64,000 nt of DNA, from positions 960,001 through 1,024,000 of the forward strand of contig JBJMOW010000004.1 in NCBI GenBank assembly GCA_045803545.1. Reading direction: 5' to 3'. A model generated the notes under the pieces. That model searched no databases and was not told the DNA's origin. It saw only the letters and a list, made by a program, of their open reading frames with translations. Positions 40,113-50,501 of this stretch are shown here, piece by piece. Within the stretch, counting starts at the first letter, position 1, and every line of letters begins with the position of its first letter. The translations under genes and the position numbers were made by a program. Source of the DNA: Gemmatimonadaceae bacterium (GTDB lineage Bacteria > Gemmatimonadota > Gemmatimonadetes > Gemmatimonadales > Gemmatimonadaceae).

Positions 40113-40622
40113 ATGAACCGCGCGATTGTGTTAACGCTGGCACTGGTAGCGACGACATCGGCTGCATGCGCCCGCAACACGCCGGGAATCGAGCTCAGAT
40201 CGAGTGATTTCGATTTAGACCCGCTCGTCGGTCAGTGGCGCGGCGACTTCATCAGCACTCAGCCGGGTCGCACGGGCACCATCGCGTTCACTTTGCGCGC
40301 GGGTGAATCGGCCGCATCCGGCAATGTCGTGCTGATTCAAAAACCGGATTCTCTGCTCACGCCGGAAGAGCGGGAGATGATGGCGAATGTTCCGGATCGC
40401 AGCGTACTCAAGATCCATTTCCTGCGCAAAGAAGGCGGCAGCGTGAACGGCGCCCTCGACCCGTATCACGAGGCCGAGTGCGACTGCACCGTTACGACGA
40501 CGTTTCAGGGCACCTTCACCGATCCGACGACGATCGCAGGCGACTACACCACCGTCCGTGCAAAGCCGGGCACCGACATCATTCGCGGCAGGTGGAAGGT
40601 CACGCGGGTCAAGAAGCTCTAG
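40113..40622 (+). CDS. Hypothetical lipoprotein
   Basis: SD GGAG; signal peptide ending SAAC. Confidence 0.7.
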   Translation: MNRAIVLTLALVATTSAACARNTPGIELRSSDFDLDPLVGQWRGDFISTQPGRTGTIAFTLRAGESAASGNVVLIQKPDSLLTPEEREMMANVPDRSVLKIHFLRKEGGSVNGALDPYHEAECDCTVTTTFQGTFTDPTTIAGDYTTVRAKPGTDIIRGRWKVTRVKKL

Positions 40623-40635
40623 CTGCGTCCCGCGG

Positions 40636-41052
40636 TCATTCGCTGTCGTGTGAGGCGAGCTCGAGGTGGAAGCGATGGAGGAAACGGTGGAGCACGGGGG
40701 CGAATAGCACACCGACCATCGTTATGAAAGTGACGCCGCTAAACAGCGCGTAAACGCCGGCGAACAGGTGCAAGCGACCGATCTGCGCAGCGTTCAAACC
40801 GGTAGGATCGGCCGGCGGTCCTTCCCCCGCCAGTATCATCGACGCGTAATAGAAGGATTCGCTCCAATTCACGCGGCCGAAGTTGTGATAGCCAACCATT
40901 CCCAGGAGCAGTCCGCCGCCAATAACGGAGGCCGCGATGCCGAAGCTGCGCGCGAGCTTGCGGTAAAGGACCCCGCGGCCTGGCATCGGCGCCATCGCCA
41001 GCAGAGCGTCGGCATCCGAGACCAGCGGCTGATGTCTTCGTGTTGAACCCAT
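40636..41052 (-). CDS. Small two-TM membrane protein with ion-channel pore-like segment
   Basis: TM1, then WSESFYYASMILAGEG, then TM2; start uncertain. Confidence 0.6.
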   Translation of the reverse strand: MGSTRRHQPLVSDADALLAMAPMPGRGVLYRKLARSFGIAASVIGGGLLLGMVGYHNFGRVNWSESFYYASMILAGEGPPADPTGLNAAQIGRLHLFAGVYALFSGVTFITMVGVLFAPVLHRFLHRFHLELASHDSE

Positions 41053-41188
41053 CACGCTCCTGGTGTGGTTGCTTCGTATTTGTTGCTCTACGGGCAGCAG
41101 CGCAAGTGATGCAAGCCAGGCGAGCATGCCGCTCGGTCACAAAAACGGCCGCATTTCGCTAAATTGAGTAATCACTGGAGAACAGGAA

Positions 41189-42610
41189 ATGCCGAAGACC
41201 GGTACGACCGCAGCACCCCCCACCAAGAAGAAGGGTTCCAGCGACGGTAATGAAGCCGCAGCAGCCAAAGGCTCAGCAAAAAAGGCTGGCGCGCCATCGT
41301 CGAACGGGGCCACAATCGACATAAAAGACAACCGTAACAACAAGAGCTACTCCGTTCCAATTGTCGAGTGCGCAATTCGCGCCACCGAGCTCAAGAAGAT
41401 CAAGACTGACGACCCGAATGACTCGGGTCTCATGAGCTACGATCCTGCCTTTCTGAACACGGCTTCGTGCCGCAGCGCCATTACCTACATCGACGGCGAC
41501 AAAGGCATTCTGCGTTACCGCGGCTATCCGATCGAGCAGCTAGCCGAAAAGGCAAGTTTCCTCGAAGTAGCGTGGCTGCTGAGGAAGGGTGAACTCCCGA
41601 CACAGCAGGACTACGATCGGTTCGTACACGACGTGACGTGGCACACCTATGTCCACGAGAACTTCCGCAAGTTCCTCGAGGGCTTTCGCTACGACGCGCA
41701 TCCGATGGCAATCCTCAACAGCGGCATCGCGGCGCTGGCATCCTTCTATCCGACATCCCGGAATATCTTCGACGAGAGAGAGCGCGACATCTCCATGGTC
41801 CGCCTCCTCGCCAAGACGCCGACGATCGCCGCCTTCTCATATCGGCACGTTAAGGGAATGCCGTTCGTCTATCCTGACAATCGGCTTTCGTACGTCGAGA
41901 ACTTCCTCTCGATGATCAACCGGATGAGCGAGTCGAAGTACGAGGCTAATCCGGTTTTCGTGCGCGCACTGGAGATTCTGTTCATCCTCCACGCCGACCA
42001 CGAGCAAAACTGCTCCACCAGCGCTGTGCGTGCTGTGGGATCGTCACACGTCGATCCATTCTCGGCGATGTCGTCTGGGGTGGCGGCGTTGTTCGGGCCG
42101 CTCCACGGCGGCGCCAACGAGCAGGTCCTCCGCATGATCACCGAGATCGGCAACGTGAAGAACGTGCCGAAGTTCATCGAGGGCGTGAAGAGTGGGGAGG
42201 GCGGCCGCCTGATGGGATTTGGCCACCGTGTTTACAAGAGTTACGACCCGCGCGCCAAAATCGTGAAGAGACTTGCCGATGATGTGTTCAAGATCGTTGG
42301 CGTCGACAAGGATCTCGAGATTGCCCTCGAGCTGGAGCGTATTGCGCTCTCCGACGAATACTTCGTTTCGCGCAAGCTGTATCCTAACGTCGATTTCTAT
42401 ACCGGATTGATCTACCGGTCGATGGGATTTCCGACGGATTTCTTCACGGTGCTGTTCGCGATTGCACGAATGTCGGGGTGGCTTGCTCAGTGGGAGGAGA
42501 TGCTGCTCGATAAAGAGCAGAAGATTGCGCGGCCGCGGCAGATCTACATTGGCCCGTCCGAGCGACCCTACGCCAGCAAGCTCAGTAGAAAGTCCGGCAG
42601 CGCGAGCTGA
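41189..42610 (+). CDS. gltA: Citrate synthase
   Basis: ITYIDGDKGILRYRGY, LHADHEQNCST, GPLHGGAN, GFGHRVYK and YPNVDFY. Confidence 0.97.
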   Translation: MPKTGTTAAPPTKKKGSSDGNEAAAAKGSAKKAGAPSSNGATIDIKDNRNNKSYSVPIVECAIRATELKKIKTDDPNDSGLMSYDPAFLNTASCRSAITYIDGDKGILRYRGYPIEQLAEKASFLEVAWLLRKGELPTQQDYDRFVHDVTWHTYVHENFRKFLEGFRYDAHPMAILNSGIAALASFYPTSRNIFDERERDISMVRLLAKTPTIAAFSYRHVKGMPFVYPDNRLSYVENFLSMINRMSESKYEANPVFVRALEILFILHADHEQNCSTSAVRAVGSSHVDPFSAMSSGVAALFGPLHGGANEQVLRMITEIGNVKNVPKFIEGVKSGEGGRLMGFGHRVYKSYDPRAKIVKRLADDVFKIVGVDKDLEIALELERIALSDEYFVSRKLYPNVDFYTGLIYRSMGFPTDFFTVLFAIARMSGWLAQWEEMLLDKEQKIARPRQIYIGPSERPYASKLSRKSGSAS

Positions 42611-42629
42611 TCGAAGAATACAAAGACAG

Positions 42630-42659
42630 AAGCCCGGGACTTTCCGGGCTTTTCTTTTT
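42630..42659 (+). terminator. Intrinsic terminator after gltA
   Basis: AAGCCCGG-GACTTT-CCGGGCTT followed by a T-rich tail. Confidence 0.8.
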
Positions 42660-42692
42660 ATGAGTCAGCGATCTTCCCGCACCCGATGCGCA

Positions 42693-43625
42693 TCACTCAA
42701 GCACCGCTCCATCGACCATTTTATCAGTGACGATTACCTCAGCGGCGTGCCCGAGTGACTGCCAGGCGGACTGCATCGCGACGCCGACTTTCGTCGCCGT
42801 TGCTCGTGGCGCTACTGCGACGATTGTCGATCCGGAACCGCTCAGAGTCGCCCCGAACGCGCCAATTTTCACCGCAGCGTCGACGATTGAGTCGTAGCCA
42901 GGCATCAGTTGCCGGCGAAATGGGACGTGGAGCAGGTCATCGAGCGCAAAGCTCAGTAGAGTTTTGTCTCCGCTGCTCATTCCCTCAATGAGTGCTGCGG
43001 ATTTGGCAGCAGCTGTCACTGCGATGGCGTGCGAAACCGTCTTCGGGAGTACAGCTCGAGCCTCCGACGTGAGTAGCTCGAGATCAGGTACAGCAAACAC
43101 CAGGGCAAGTCCGGCATGAATGCGCAGCCGAGCAAAGGCGTACTTCCCCCTGTTATCCACGGGGATGCCGAGCATTGCGCCACCGAACACCGATGGCGCG
43201 GCATTGTCGGGATGACCCTCGTAACGTGCGCACAGCGTCGCGATCGCTTCGGGGTCGAGATCGAGATCGAGCGAGCCCTTCGCCAGAAAGGCGCCCGCGA
43301 CGAGAGCTGCCGCCGAAGCGCCAAGTCCGCGCGCGACGGGGATCGTCGATGTAACGTCGTATGCGACGCCACGAGGCACAGGCCTGTCGCAGGCATCGCA
43401 CGCCAGTCGAAATCCGACGTGCACGAGATCTCCCTCGGCGTCATGCGACAACCTGGCAATTGCTCCACCACGCGTCATTGTCACCGATGACGATTTGTCG
43501 CTCACTTCGACAGACGCGCTGAGCCATCGGTCGACTGCTACGCCGACACAATCGAATCCGGCGCCAAGATTGGATGTGCTTGCCGGAGCTCTAACGCGCG
43601 CCGTCGTCAGCGGCTTCGATTTCAT
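42693..43625 (-). CDS. thrB: Homoserine kinase
   Basis: PASTSNLGAGFD, IPVARGLGASAA, EGHPDN and SGSG motifs. Confidence 0.95.
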   Translation of the reverse strand: MKSKPLTTARVRAPASTSNLGAGFDCVGVAVDRWLSASVEVSDKSSSVTMTRGGAIARLSHDAEGDLVHVGFRLACDACDRPVPRGVAYDVTSTIPVARGLGASAAALVAGAFLAKGSLDLDLDPEAIATLCARYEGHPDNAAPSVFGGAMLGIPVDNRGKYAFARLRIHAGLALVFAVPDLELLTSEARAVLPKTVSHAIAVTAAAKSAALIEGMSSGDKTLLSFALDDLLHVPFRRQLMPGYDSIVDAAVKIGAFGATLSGSGSTIVAVAPRATATKVGVAMQSAWQSLGHAAEVIVTDKMVDGAVLE

Positions 43626-44923
43626 CGGCGCTGCCCGGTGCCAGACTCCAGGACTTGCTCGACTGCTTCGATCGAGGCGTCGATCTCAATTGGTGGATTC
43701 GCCAGCGCCTGCTTCCCATCCTTGTGGTAGTCGATCAGGATGCCAGGATCCTTGAGGATGTGCCCCGTGAGAACCGCGACGACCCGCTCTCCTTTGCGAA
43801 TGGTTCCGTCCCGAACGAGTCGGCGCACACCCGCCACGCTCGCCGCACTCGCCGGCTCACATCCGACCCCGTTGGCGTCGATGACGGCTTTCGCCTCAAG
43901 GATCTCCGCGTCCGGTACGTCCAGTACCACGCCGTCGTTCTCGCGAATTGCGCGCACGCCGCGTTCGTACGACGCCGGATCGCCAATCTTGATCGCTGTC
44001 GCAACGGTCTCAGCGTGAACAGCTTCGCGCTTGGCGAAGCCTGACCTGAAACTGCGCGCGAACGGCGCTGCTCCTTCTGCCTGCACCGCAGCGAGCCTGG
44101 GCGAAGAGTCAATCAATCCGTTCTCGCGAGCCTGGCGCAGCGCCGCCCCGAATGCCGCGGTATTCCCGAGGTTACCGGCCGGGACAACAATCCAGTCCGG
44201 TGCGCGCCAGTCGAGCTGTTGCAGCAGATCGAACACGATTGTCGTTTGCCCGGCGATCCGAAACGGATTTATGGAGTTCACCAAATAGACTCCCAGCTTC
44301 TCCGACGCCTCCCGAGCCAGGCGCAGACACGCGTCGAAATCGCCGCGCACCATCAAGGTTCGGGCGCCGTATGCCAGTGTCTGCGCCAGCTTGCCGAGTG
44401 CGATTTGACCGGATGGCACCAGCACAATCGCCGGAATCCCGGCGAGAGTTGCGTACGCTGCCAACGACGCTGAGGTGTTGCCCGTCGACGCACATGATAC
44501 GGCGCGCGCACCGATACGCTTCGCGTTGCTCACCGCGACCGTCATTCCGCGATCCTTGAAGGACCCGGTTGGATTGTGCCCCTCGTGTTTGAGCCAGAGC
44601 TCCGCTGAACCGGCCCATCGTGCGACCGTGTCGCGTTGGAGTAGTGGAGTGTTGCCCTCCCATTGAGTGACGATGTCTACATCGGCGATTGTCGGCAGTA
44701 CAAGCTCACGAAATCGCCAGACGCCGGATCTTCCCACGTCACTCCCGCCTCGAGCAGCAGACGGCGCCAAACGGCGATCGAACATCTCTCGCAGCACGAG
44801 ACCCCGCTCGTCCGGCGCGTCAGATTCCAGTGAAAGCAATCCGCCACATTTCCCACAGGCGGTCCTCGAGTCGAGCTCGCTCCACTCAGTCGCGCACGAC
44901 TCGCAACGCAAGCGTGTCGGCAC
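43622..44923 (-). CDS. thrC: Threonine synthase
   Basis: EGNTPL, NPTGSFKDRG, CASTGNT and PAGNLGN. Confidence 0.94.
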   Translation of the reverse strand: MPTRLRCESCATEWSELDSRTACGKCGGLLSLESDAPDERGLVLREMFDRRLAPSAARGGSDVGRSGVWRFRELVLPTIADVDIVTQWEGNTPLLQRDTVARWAGSAELWLKHEGHNPTGSFKDRGMTVAVSNAKRIGARAVSCASTGNTSASLAAYATLAGIPAIVLVPSGQIALGKLAQTLAYGARTLMVRGDFDACLRLAREASEKLGVYLVNSINPFRIAGQTTIVFDLLQQLDWRAPDWIVVPAGNLGNTAAFGAALRQARENGLIDSSPRLAAVQAEGAAPFARSFRSGFAKREAVHAETVATAIKIGDPASYERGVRAIRENDGVVLDVPDAEILEAKAVIDANGVGCEPASAASVAGVRRLVRDGTIRKGERVVAVLTGHILKDPGILIDYHKDGKQALANPPIEIDASIEAVEQVLESGTGQRR

Positions 44924-47440
44924 TCAGCGCGATCCTGCGAGCTTCAACACATCGTTGAGCACGCCTGCTGCGGTCACTGCCGCTCCAGCACCTGGCCCGG
45001 TAATGACTAACGGGTTCGCCCGATAGCGACGCGTGGTGAACGAAAAGTGGTTGTCAGTTCCCGCCAGCGACGCCAGCGAGCTCTTCGCGTCGACCGCCAC
45101 GATTCCGACCCGCGCCTCTCGCTTCGTTACGGTCGCGCGATAGCGAAGCACAGTACCGGCCTCGCGTGCGTCGCGGATGCGTGCCACCCAATCTGCGTCC
45201 GCTTCGCTCAGTCTTTTTAGGAAAACGTCGAGTGGAGCCTCGCGCATCGGTTCGGGCACCAGTGACTCGACTTCAACATCCGAAATCTCTCCGGAGAATC
45301 CGATGAGTCGGCCAAGAATCAGCGCTTTGCGCGCGACGTCCATGCCGGACAAATCGTCGCGCGGATCGGGTTCAGTGTAGCCGAGCTGCATTGCCGTTTT
45401 CAGCGCAACAGAAAAGGCAGTTCCTCGTCCCATCTCGCTCAACAAGTACCCAAGCGTCCCCGATGGAGAGCCCTCGACTCGCAGAATCTGATCGCCAGAC
45501 TCGGCCAGTTTCTGAATAGTGTCAATGATTGGCAGGCCGGCGCCCACAGTCGCTTCATGAAGTAGTCGTCGATCATGGGTCGCTGTTGCCACAGCCAACA
45601 TCTGCGCGTCAGTGTTGCTGCCTGCGAGTGGCCGCTTGTTGGCAAGGACGACGTCCATACCCCGCTCGATCGCATGTATGAGAACCGGCACAGTGTCGCC
45701 GGCTGTGACATCGACCAGTATGGGTCTGGACAGCGCGTGTCCCGTGATTGCGGCAATCGCCTCGTGTGCTGTCGCCCGCACACCTCGTCTCACGCCGGAG
45801 AGGGGCGTTCGCGCCGCCTTGGCGTCTGCTAACGCCTCCAGTCGCTTCGCCGAAAATCCGCGCGCATCGAAGACGTATCCGCTGCGATCCACGACTCCCA
45901 CGATGCGCGCCTGGCCGTCTGCTGCGTGCGCTGAGCGATTTGCCATCTGCATCGCCAGCTCGCGGCCAATCTGCCCAAAGCCGAGGATGACCACGTCCGC
46001 GTGTTCTGGATGGACGGCTGTCCCACCACCGATTTTGCCGAGGCGGAACGCGTGATGAATTGCGCGTTGGGCCTTCGCGGCGTCGTTGCCTTCGATGACC
46101 ACCGAGATGTTGAGCTCGCTCGCACCCTGCGCAATCGCCACGACGTTGACCTCTTCGTCGGCCAGCGCACCGAACAGCCGCGCCGCGACCCCGGGCGTGC
46201 CCGCCATGCCGAGGCCAACTACTGCGATTGTCGCCAGATCGGGACGCACTTCTATCGCGTCGATCTCGTGCCGCGCCAGCTCGGCGGCGAAGGCTTCGCG
46301 CAAAGCAGCCGCTGCAACATCGGCTGCCGTGCTCGGGATGCCCATGCAGATCGAATGTTCCGACGAAGCCTGCGAGATCAGCGACACCGAGACACCCGCG
46401 CGCTCGAGTGCGCCGAATGCGCGAGCGGCTACGCCGGGAACGCCAACCATGCCATTCCCCGCAATCGTTACCAGCGTTTGTCCCGAGATCGCGGTTAATG
46501 CTTTGACCGGACGTCGAGTACGGCGAGCACCCTCCCGTCGCTCTCTCTCTACGACAATCTCTGTTCCGGGTGCGGATGGATCTGCGTAAGGGCGAATGAC
46601 GAGACGCGTTCCCGGCTGCATTGCGATCAGCGATCGGGGATGCAACACCTTCGCCCCGTAATACGCGAGCTCCGATGCCTCGCGGATGTGCAGAGTCGGA
46701 ATCAGTCTGGCATCGGGTACGACACGCGGATCAGCGGTCAGCAGACCAGGCACATCCTTCCAGAGCACTACCTCCCGCGCGCCGAGCACTCTGCCGAGCA
46801 CGGTTGCAGTGAGATCCGACCCGCCGCGCCCCAGCGTGACTACCTCTCCATCCCGCGAGCGTCCAACGAACCCGGGCACCACTGGGACGACGCCTCGATC
46901 GAGGAGAGGGCGCAGTAGTTCGTTCGCCACTGCCATCGTTCGCTCGATATCGGGTGCAGCGTTGCCGTGCGGCCCGTCCGCGCGAATGATGTCGACGGCG
47001 TCGACGAACTGCGCTTGCGTGCCTGTAATGTTCAGCGCGGCTGCGAGCAAACGTGCAGAGAGGCGGTCACCGTAGGAAAGGAGTTCGTCGCTCAACGCTG
47101 AGGGAAACTCACGATGTGCTGCAAGGCGCGAGATGGCCTCTTTCAAAACATCGAAGACCTTGGCGAGCTCGGTCTTTAGTTCCTCGTCTATACCGAGTGC
47201 GCGACCAACGGCAATGTGTCTCTCTCGGAGCACGTCAATGGCGCTTGTTGAAGATTTGCGATCGGCTGCCGTATGCGCCATTACGACCAACTCGTCAGTG
47301 ACTCCGAGCATCGCCGATGCCACGATGAGTTTCTGCGATTTGTCGCGCGCGATAATAGCGATGACAGCGCGGATTGCGCCGGCGTCAGCGAGTGCGGCGC
47401 CGCCGAATTTGTGGATGTCGATGGTAGGCAGTGATCTCAT
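44924..47440 (-). CDS. thrA: Bifunctional aspartokinase / homoserine dehydrogenase
   Basis: KFGG, TLGRGGSD, two ACT domains, EATVGAGLP, GYTEPDPRDDLSG and GPGAG. Confidence 0.95.
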   Translation of the reverse strand: MRSLPTIDIHKFGGAALADAGAIRAVIAIIARDKSQKLIVASAMLGVTDELVVMAHTAADRKSSTSAIDVLRERHIAVGRALGIDEELKTELAKVFDVLKEAISRLAAHREFPSALSDELLSYGDRLSARLLAAALNITGTQAQFVDAVDIIRADGPHGNAAPDIERTMAVANELLRPLLDRGVVPVVPGFVGRSRDGEVVTLGRGGSDLTATVLGRVLGAREVVLWKDVPGLLTADPRVVPDARLIPTLHIREASELAYYGAKVLHPRSLIAMQPGTRLVIRPYADPSAPGTEIVVERERREGARRTRRPVKALTAISGQTLVTIAGNGMVGVPGVAARAFGALERAGVSVSLISQASSEHSICMGIPSTAADVAAAALREAFAAELARHEIDAIEVRPDLATIAVVGLGMAGTPGVAARLFGALADEEVNVVAIAQGASELNISVVIEGNDAAKAQRAIHHAFRLGKIGGGTAVHPEHADVVILGFGQIGRELAMQMANRSAHAADGQARIVGVVDRSGYVFDARGFSAKRLEALADAKAARTPLSGVRRGVRATAHEAIAAITGHALSRPILVDVTAGDTVPVLIHAIERGMDVVLANKRPLAGSNTDAQMLAVATATHDRRLLHEATVGAGLPIIDTIQKLAESGDQILRVEGSPSGTLGYLLSEMGRGTAFSVALKTAMQLGYTEPDPRDDLSGMDVARKALILGRLIGFSGEISDVEVESLVPEPMREAPLDVFLKRLSEADADWVARIRDAREAGTVLRYRATVTKREARVGIVAVDAKSSLASLAGTDNHFSFTTRRYRANPLVITGPGAGAAVTAAGVLNDVLKLAGSR

Positions 47441-47504
47441 CAGCCGATCAGACAGAACCTATGCGTGGTCGGCGCTTCGGCCAGACTGAACTCTGCGGAT
47501 TACC

Positions 47505-49154
47505 CTACCGGCGGTAACCCGGACCCCTCAGTGCCCGGCCCGGTAGCGCATTGGTCGGTTTACCACCGTCGAGGACCGCCACGCCATTCACGAAGACGTA
47601 GTTGATGCCACTCGCGATCTGCGACGGATTCTCAAAGGTGGCGTTGTCGATAACGGTGCTTGGATCGAACACCGTGATGTCGGCAAACATGCCCGGCTTC
47701 AATAATCCCCGATCTTCGATGCCCACACGCTGCGCCGCGAGCGAGGTCATTTTGCGGATCGCGAATTCCAGCGTAATCACCGAATCCTGTCGCACGTAGC
47801 GTCCAAGAATGCGCGGAAAGGTTCCGAAGCCGCGGGGATGGCCGCGATCCCGAAACTTGCCGGTCGAATCAGGACTCACCGCGCCGGCGTCCTGGCCGAC
47901 GGAAACCCACGGTTGGCGCATCGCATAACGGAGAGCGTCTTCGTTGAACGAGAAATAGATCGCGCTGGTCCGCGCGCTGTCAGCGATCAGAATGTCGAAT
48001 GCCGCGTCGTAAGCATCCTGCCCGCGCATCTTGCCGATATCAGTAAGAAACTTGCCCTGATAGATCTTCAGCGAATCGGCGCCGACCTCGTTGACCATCG
48101 TGCGTGCTGCCGTGCGAATGCCCTGCGCGCTGTCCGCACCAAGCTCCTCTTTCAGCCGCGCGCGGACCGCTGGTAACCTTAGTCGGGCGATGAGCGAATC
48201 GTCGCCGCCCTCCTGCACCCAGGTATTCAGCATTGCCTGCAGGCTGGTTCCGCTGGCGATGTAGGGGTATTGGTCAGCCGTGATGTCGATACCCGCGCGT
48301 CGAGCTGAATCGATCAATGCGACCGCCTGTTGCATCTGCTCCAGCGATCGAGACTTGATGTGTCGAATCTCGGCCCATGTATTCGCCCCGGCCGCGATGC
48401 GAATCGTCTCCCTGATTGCATCGAGAAGCCCGGCGCCTTCGCTCCTGATGTGCGCCGCATAACCGCCCTTGTACGGCGTCGCGTACTTCGTCAGCGCGAT
48501 CAGCTCGTCGGTCGAGAAGAAAGTGCTGGGCAGATAAATCAGTCCTGTGCCGACCCCAAACGCCCCGTCGCGCATCGCCGAGTCGATGAGAGCGCCCATC
48601 TGCCGCATCTCGGCGTCGGTCGGATGTCTCGTCGCATCTCCCATCACCGCTTCGCGCACCGAGCTCGTACCGACGTAGGTGCCCAGATTTATGGCGGTGC
48701 CGCTTTTCTCGAGAAACGCGAAGTACTCGCTGAGCGAGCGCCACGGATAACGCGGATTTGGCTGTCTCCCGAGCGCGACGTTGGGCCACGCCGACGACAC
48801 CTCGCCGGTTATCTCACTCGTGATCCCCTGAGTGGTTTTCGATACCGCGTGCGGGCCGCGCAGAATCACGAACTCGCTGTGGCCGAGCATGTCGATGAAC
48901 CCTGGCGCAACTACCTGTTCGTGCGCGTCGATCACCCGCGCTGCGGTCATTCCATTGAGCGCCGCGCCCACATAAGCAATGCGATCGCCGCGCGTCGCAA
49001 CCGCTCCCCGGTACCACGGATTCCCGGTACCGTCGACGATTCGGGCGTTGGTGATCAGAACGTCATATGACGCTGATCCAGGGGCGCGCGGCACCGATGC
49101 ACAGGCAACGACGAGTCCGATCGCGAGAGTTGGGAAGACTCCGGTGATTCGCAT
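47505..49154 (-). CDS. N-acyl-D-amino-acid deacylase family amidohydrolase (probable lipoprotein)
   Basis: IVDGTGNP, APGFIDM, HIRSEG and HPRGFGTFPRILG; lipobox-like VVAC. Confidence 0.9.
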   Translation of the reverse strand: MRITGVFPTLAIGLVVACASVPRAPGSASYDVLITNARIVDGTGNPWYRGAVATRGDRIAYVGAALNGMTAARVIDAHEQVVAPGFIDMLGHSEFVILRGPHAVSKTTQGITSEITGEVSSAWPNVALGRQPNPRYPWRSLSEYFAFLEKSGTAINLGTYVGTSSVREAVMGDATRHPTDAEMRQMGALIDSAMRDGAFGVGTGLIYLPSTFFSTDELIALTKYATPYKGGYAAHIRSEGAGLLDAIRETIRIAAGANTWAEIRHIKSRSLEQMQQAVALIDSARRAGIDITADQYPYIASGTSLQAMLNTWVQEGGDDSLIARLRLPAVRARLKEELGADSAQGIRTAARTMVNEVGADSLKIYQGKFLTDIGKMRGQDAYDAAFDILIADSARTSAIYFSFNEDALRYAMRQPWVSVGQDAGAVSPDSTGKFRDRGHPRGFGTFPRILGRYVRQDSVITLEFAIRKMTSLAAQRVGIEDRGLLKPGMFADITVFDPSTVIDNATFENPSQIASGINYVFVNGVAVLDGGKPTNALPGRALRGPGYRR

Positions 49155-49171
49155 GCGCTCAATTTGTGGAG

Positions 49172-50452
49172 TTACGAGATCTTCTGCGTCTTCTTCCGCA
49201 AGAAGTCCATCAGAATGAACTGCCCCAACGTCATCGTGTTGGTGAAATACGCTTTGCCGCGACTAATCTCAGACACGCGCTTTACGAATTCAACGAGCGC
49301 ACGGTCCCGCGCCAGCATGAAGGTGTTGATCAGAATGCCGGCCCGTCGACAATTCGCTACTTCTCGCAGCGTCGTCGCGATGACTGTACTGTCGAGTCCC
49401 ATCGAGTTCTTGTAGATCTGGCCGTTGGGCATCGTCATCGCGCTCGGCTTGCCGTCGGTGATCATCACGATCTGCCGCATGTCTTTCTTCTGCGCCATCA
49501 GAAGGCGGCGCGCGAGCTTCAGCCCTTCCGCGGTGTTGGTGTGATACGGACCGACCTGCGCTTGCGGCAACGTCGAGAGCGGAATCTCTTCAGCGGAGTC
49601 GTGGAACAGCACCACCTGCAGCGTATCGCCGGGAAACTGGGTGCGAATGAGATGCGTCAGCGCGAGCGCGACTTTCTTCGCCGGGGTGAATCGATCTTCA
49701 CCGTAGAGAATCATCGAGTGCGATGTGTCGAGCATGAGCACCGTTGCGCACGACGAGCGATACTCTGCCTGACGCACCATCAGATCCTCGTAGTCGATAT
49801 CCATCGGCACTTCGAGTGATCCGGTACGCAGGAGCGAGTTCTTGAGAGTCTCGTTGACATCCATGTTGAGAACGTCGCCGAACTCGTACGACTTGCTGTA
49901 GCCGTCGGCCTCGATTCCCGTCGCCAAATGAGGCGTGTCGTGCGATCCGAAGCTCGACTTGCCGAGCGAGCTGAGGATGTGGCGCAGGCTCTTGTAGCCG
50001 AGGAAGTCGATGCCTTTATCGGTGAGATTGAACTGCACGCTCTTCGACGCCGCTTGCGCCAGGCTTCCTTTGCCGGTGACTGGCTGATGACCGGCCGGCA
50101 TCTGCGGCGGGGCTTGAAGGTTCAGATAACCTTCCTGCGCCAGTCGCTGGATCAGCTGATCGAGGAGCTCACCGAGTTTCTGCTGTGATTCCTTGTTGCC
50201 GTCGCCCCGGAGCGCTTCCAGCAGATCGGGGGTGAACTGGCCGCTCTCGATAAGGGCGTCGAGTATCGCCTGCCGCAATGCTTCGACCGAGTGATCGGGC
50301 TCCGAATCGAAATCGTCAAAGTACGGATTGAAGCTCTGTCCGCCGGCGAAACCTGATTGCAGCAGAAAATCGGCGAGCTTATCCAGCAGCGCCTGCAGAT
50401 CGACGGCATCAGCAGCTTCCGGACTGAACTTCGAATAGGTGTGGAAGCGCAT
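49172..50452 (-). CDS. VWA domain protein
   Basis: MIDAS motif DTSHSM; YHTNT and ITDG. Confidence 0.88.
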   Translation of the reverse strand: MRFHTYSKFSPEAADAVDLQALLDKLADFLLQSGFAGGQSFNPYFDDFDSEPDHSVEALRQAILDALIESGQFTPDLLEALRGDGNKESQQKLGELLDQLIQRLAQEGYLNLQAPPQMPAGHQPVTGKGSLAQAASKSVQFNLTDKGIDFLGYKSLRHILSSLGKSSFGSHDTPHLATGIEADGYSKSYEFGDVLNMDVNETLKNSLLRTGSLEVPMDIDYEDLMVRQAEYRSSCATVLMLDTSHSMILYGEDRFTPAKKVALALTHLIRTQFPGDTLQVVLFHDSAEEIPLSTLPQAQVGPYHTNTAEGLKLARRLLMAQKKDMRQIVMITDGKPSAMTMPNGQIYKNSMGLDSTVIATTLREVANCRRAGILINTFMLARDRALVEFVKRVSEISRGKAYFTNTMTLGQFILMDFLRKKTQKIS

Positions 50453-50501
50453 AACCCAAACATACAGCCGGGGACGCAGAGCGTGTATAATCCTCTGCGG
50501 C

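Noticed and set aside
47441..47504. thr leader-peptide attenuator
   Set aside because: No Thr/Ile-rich mini-ORF or terminator was seen upstream of thrA.
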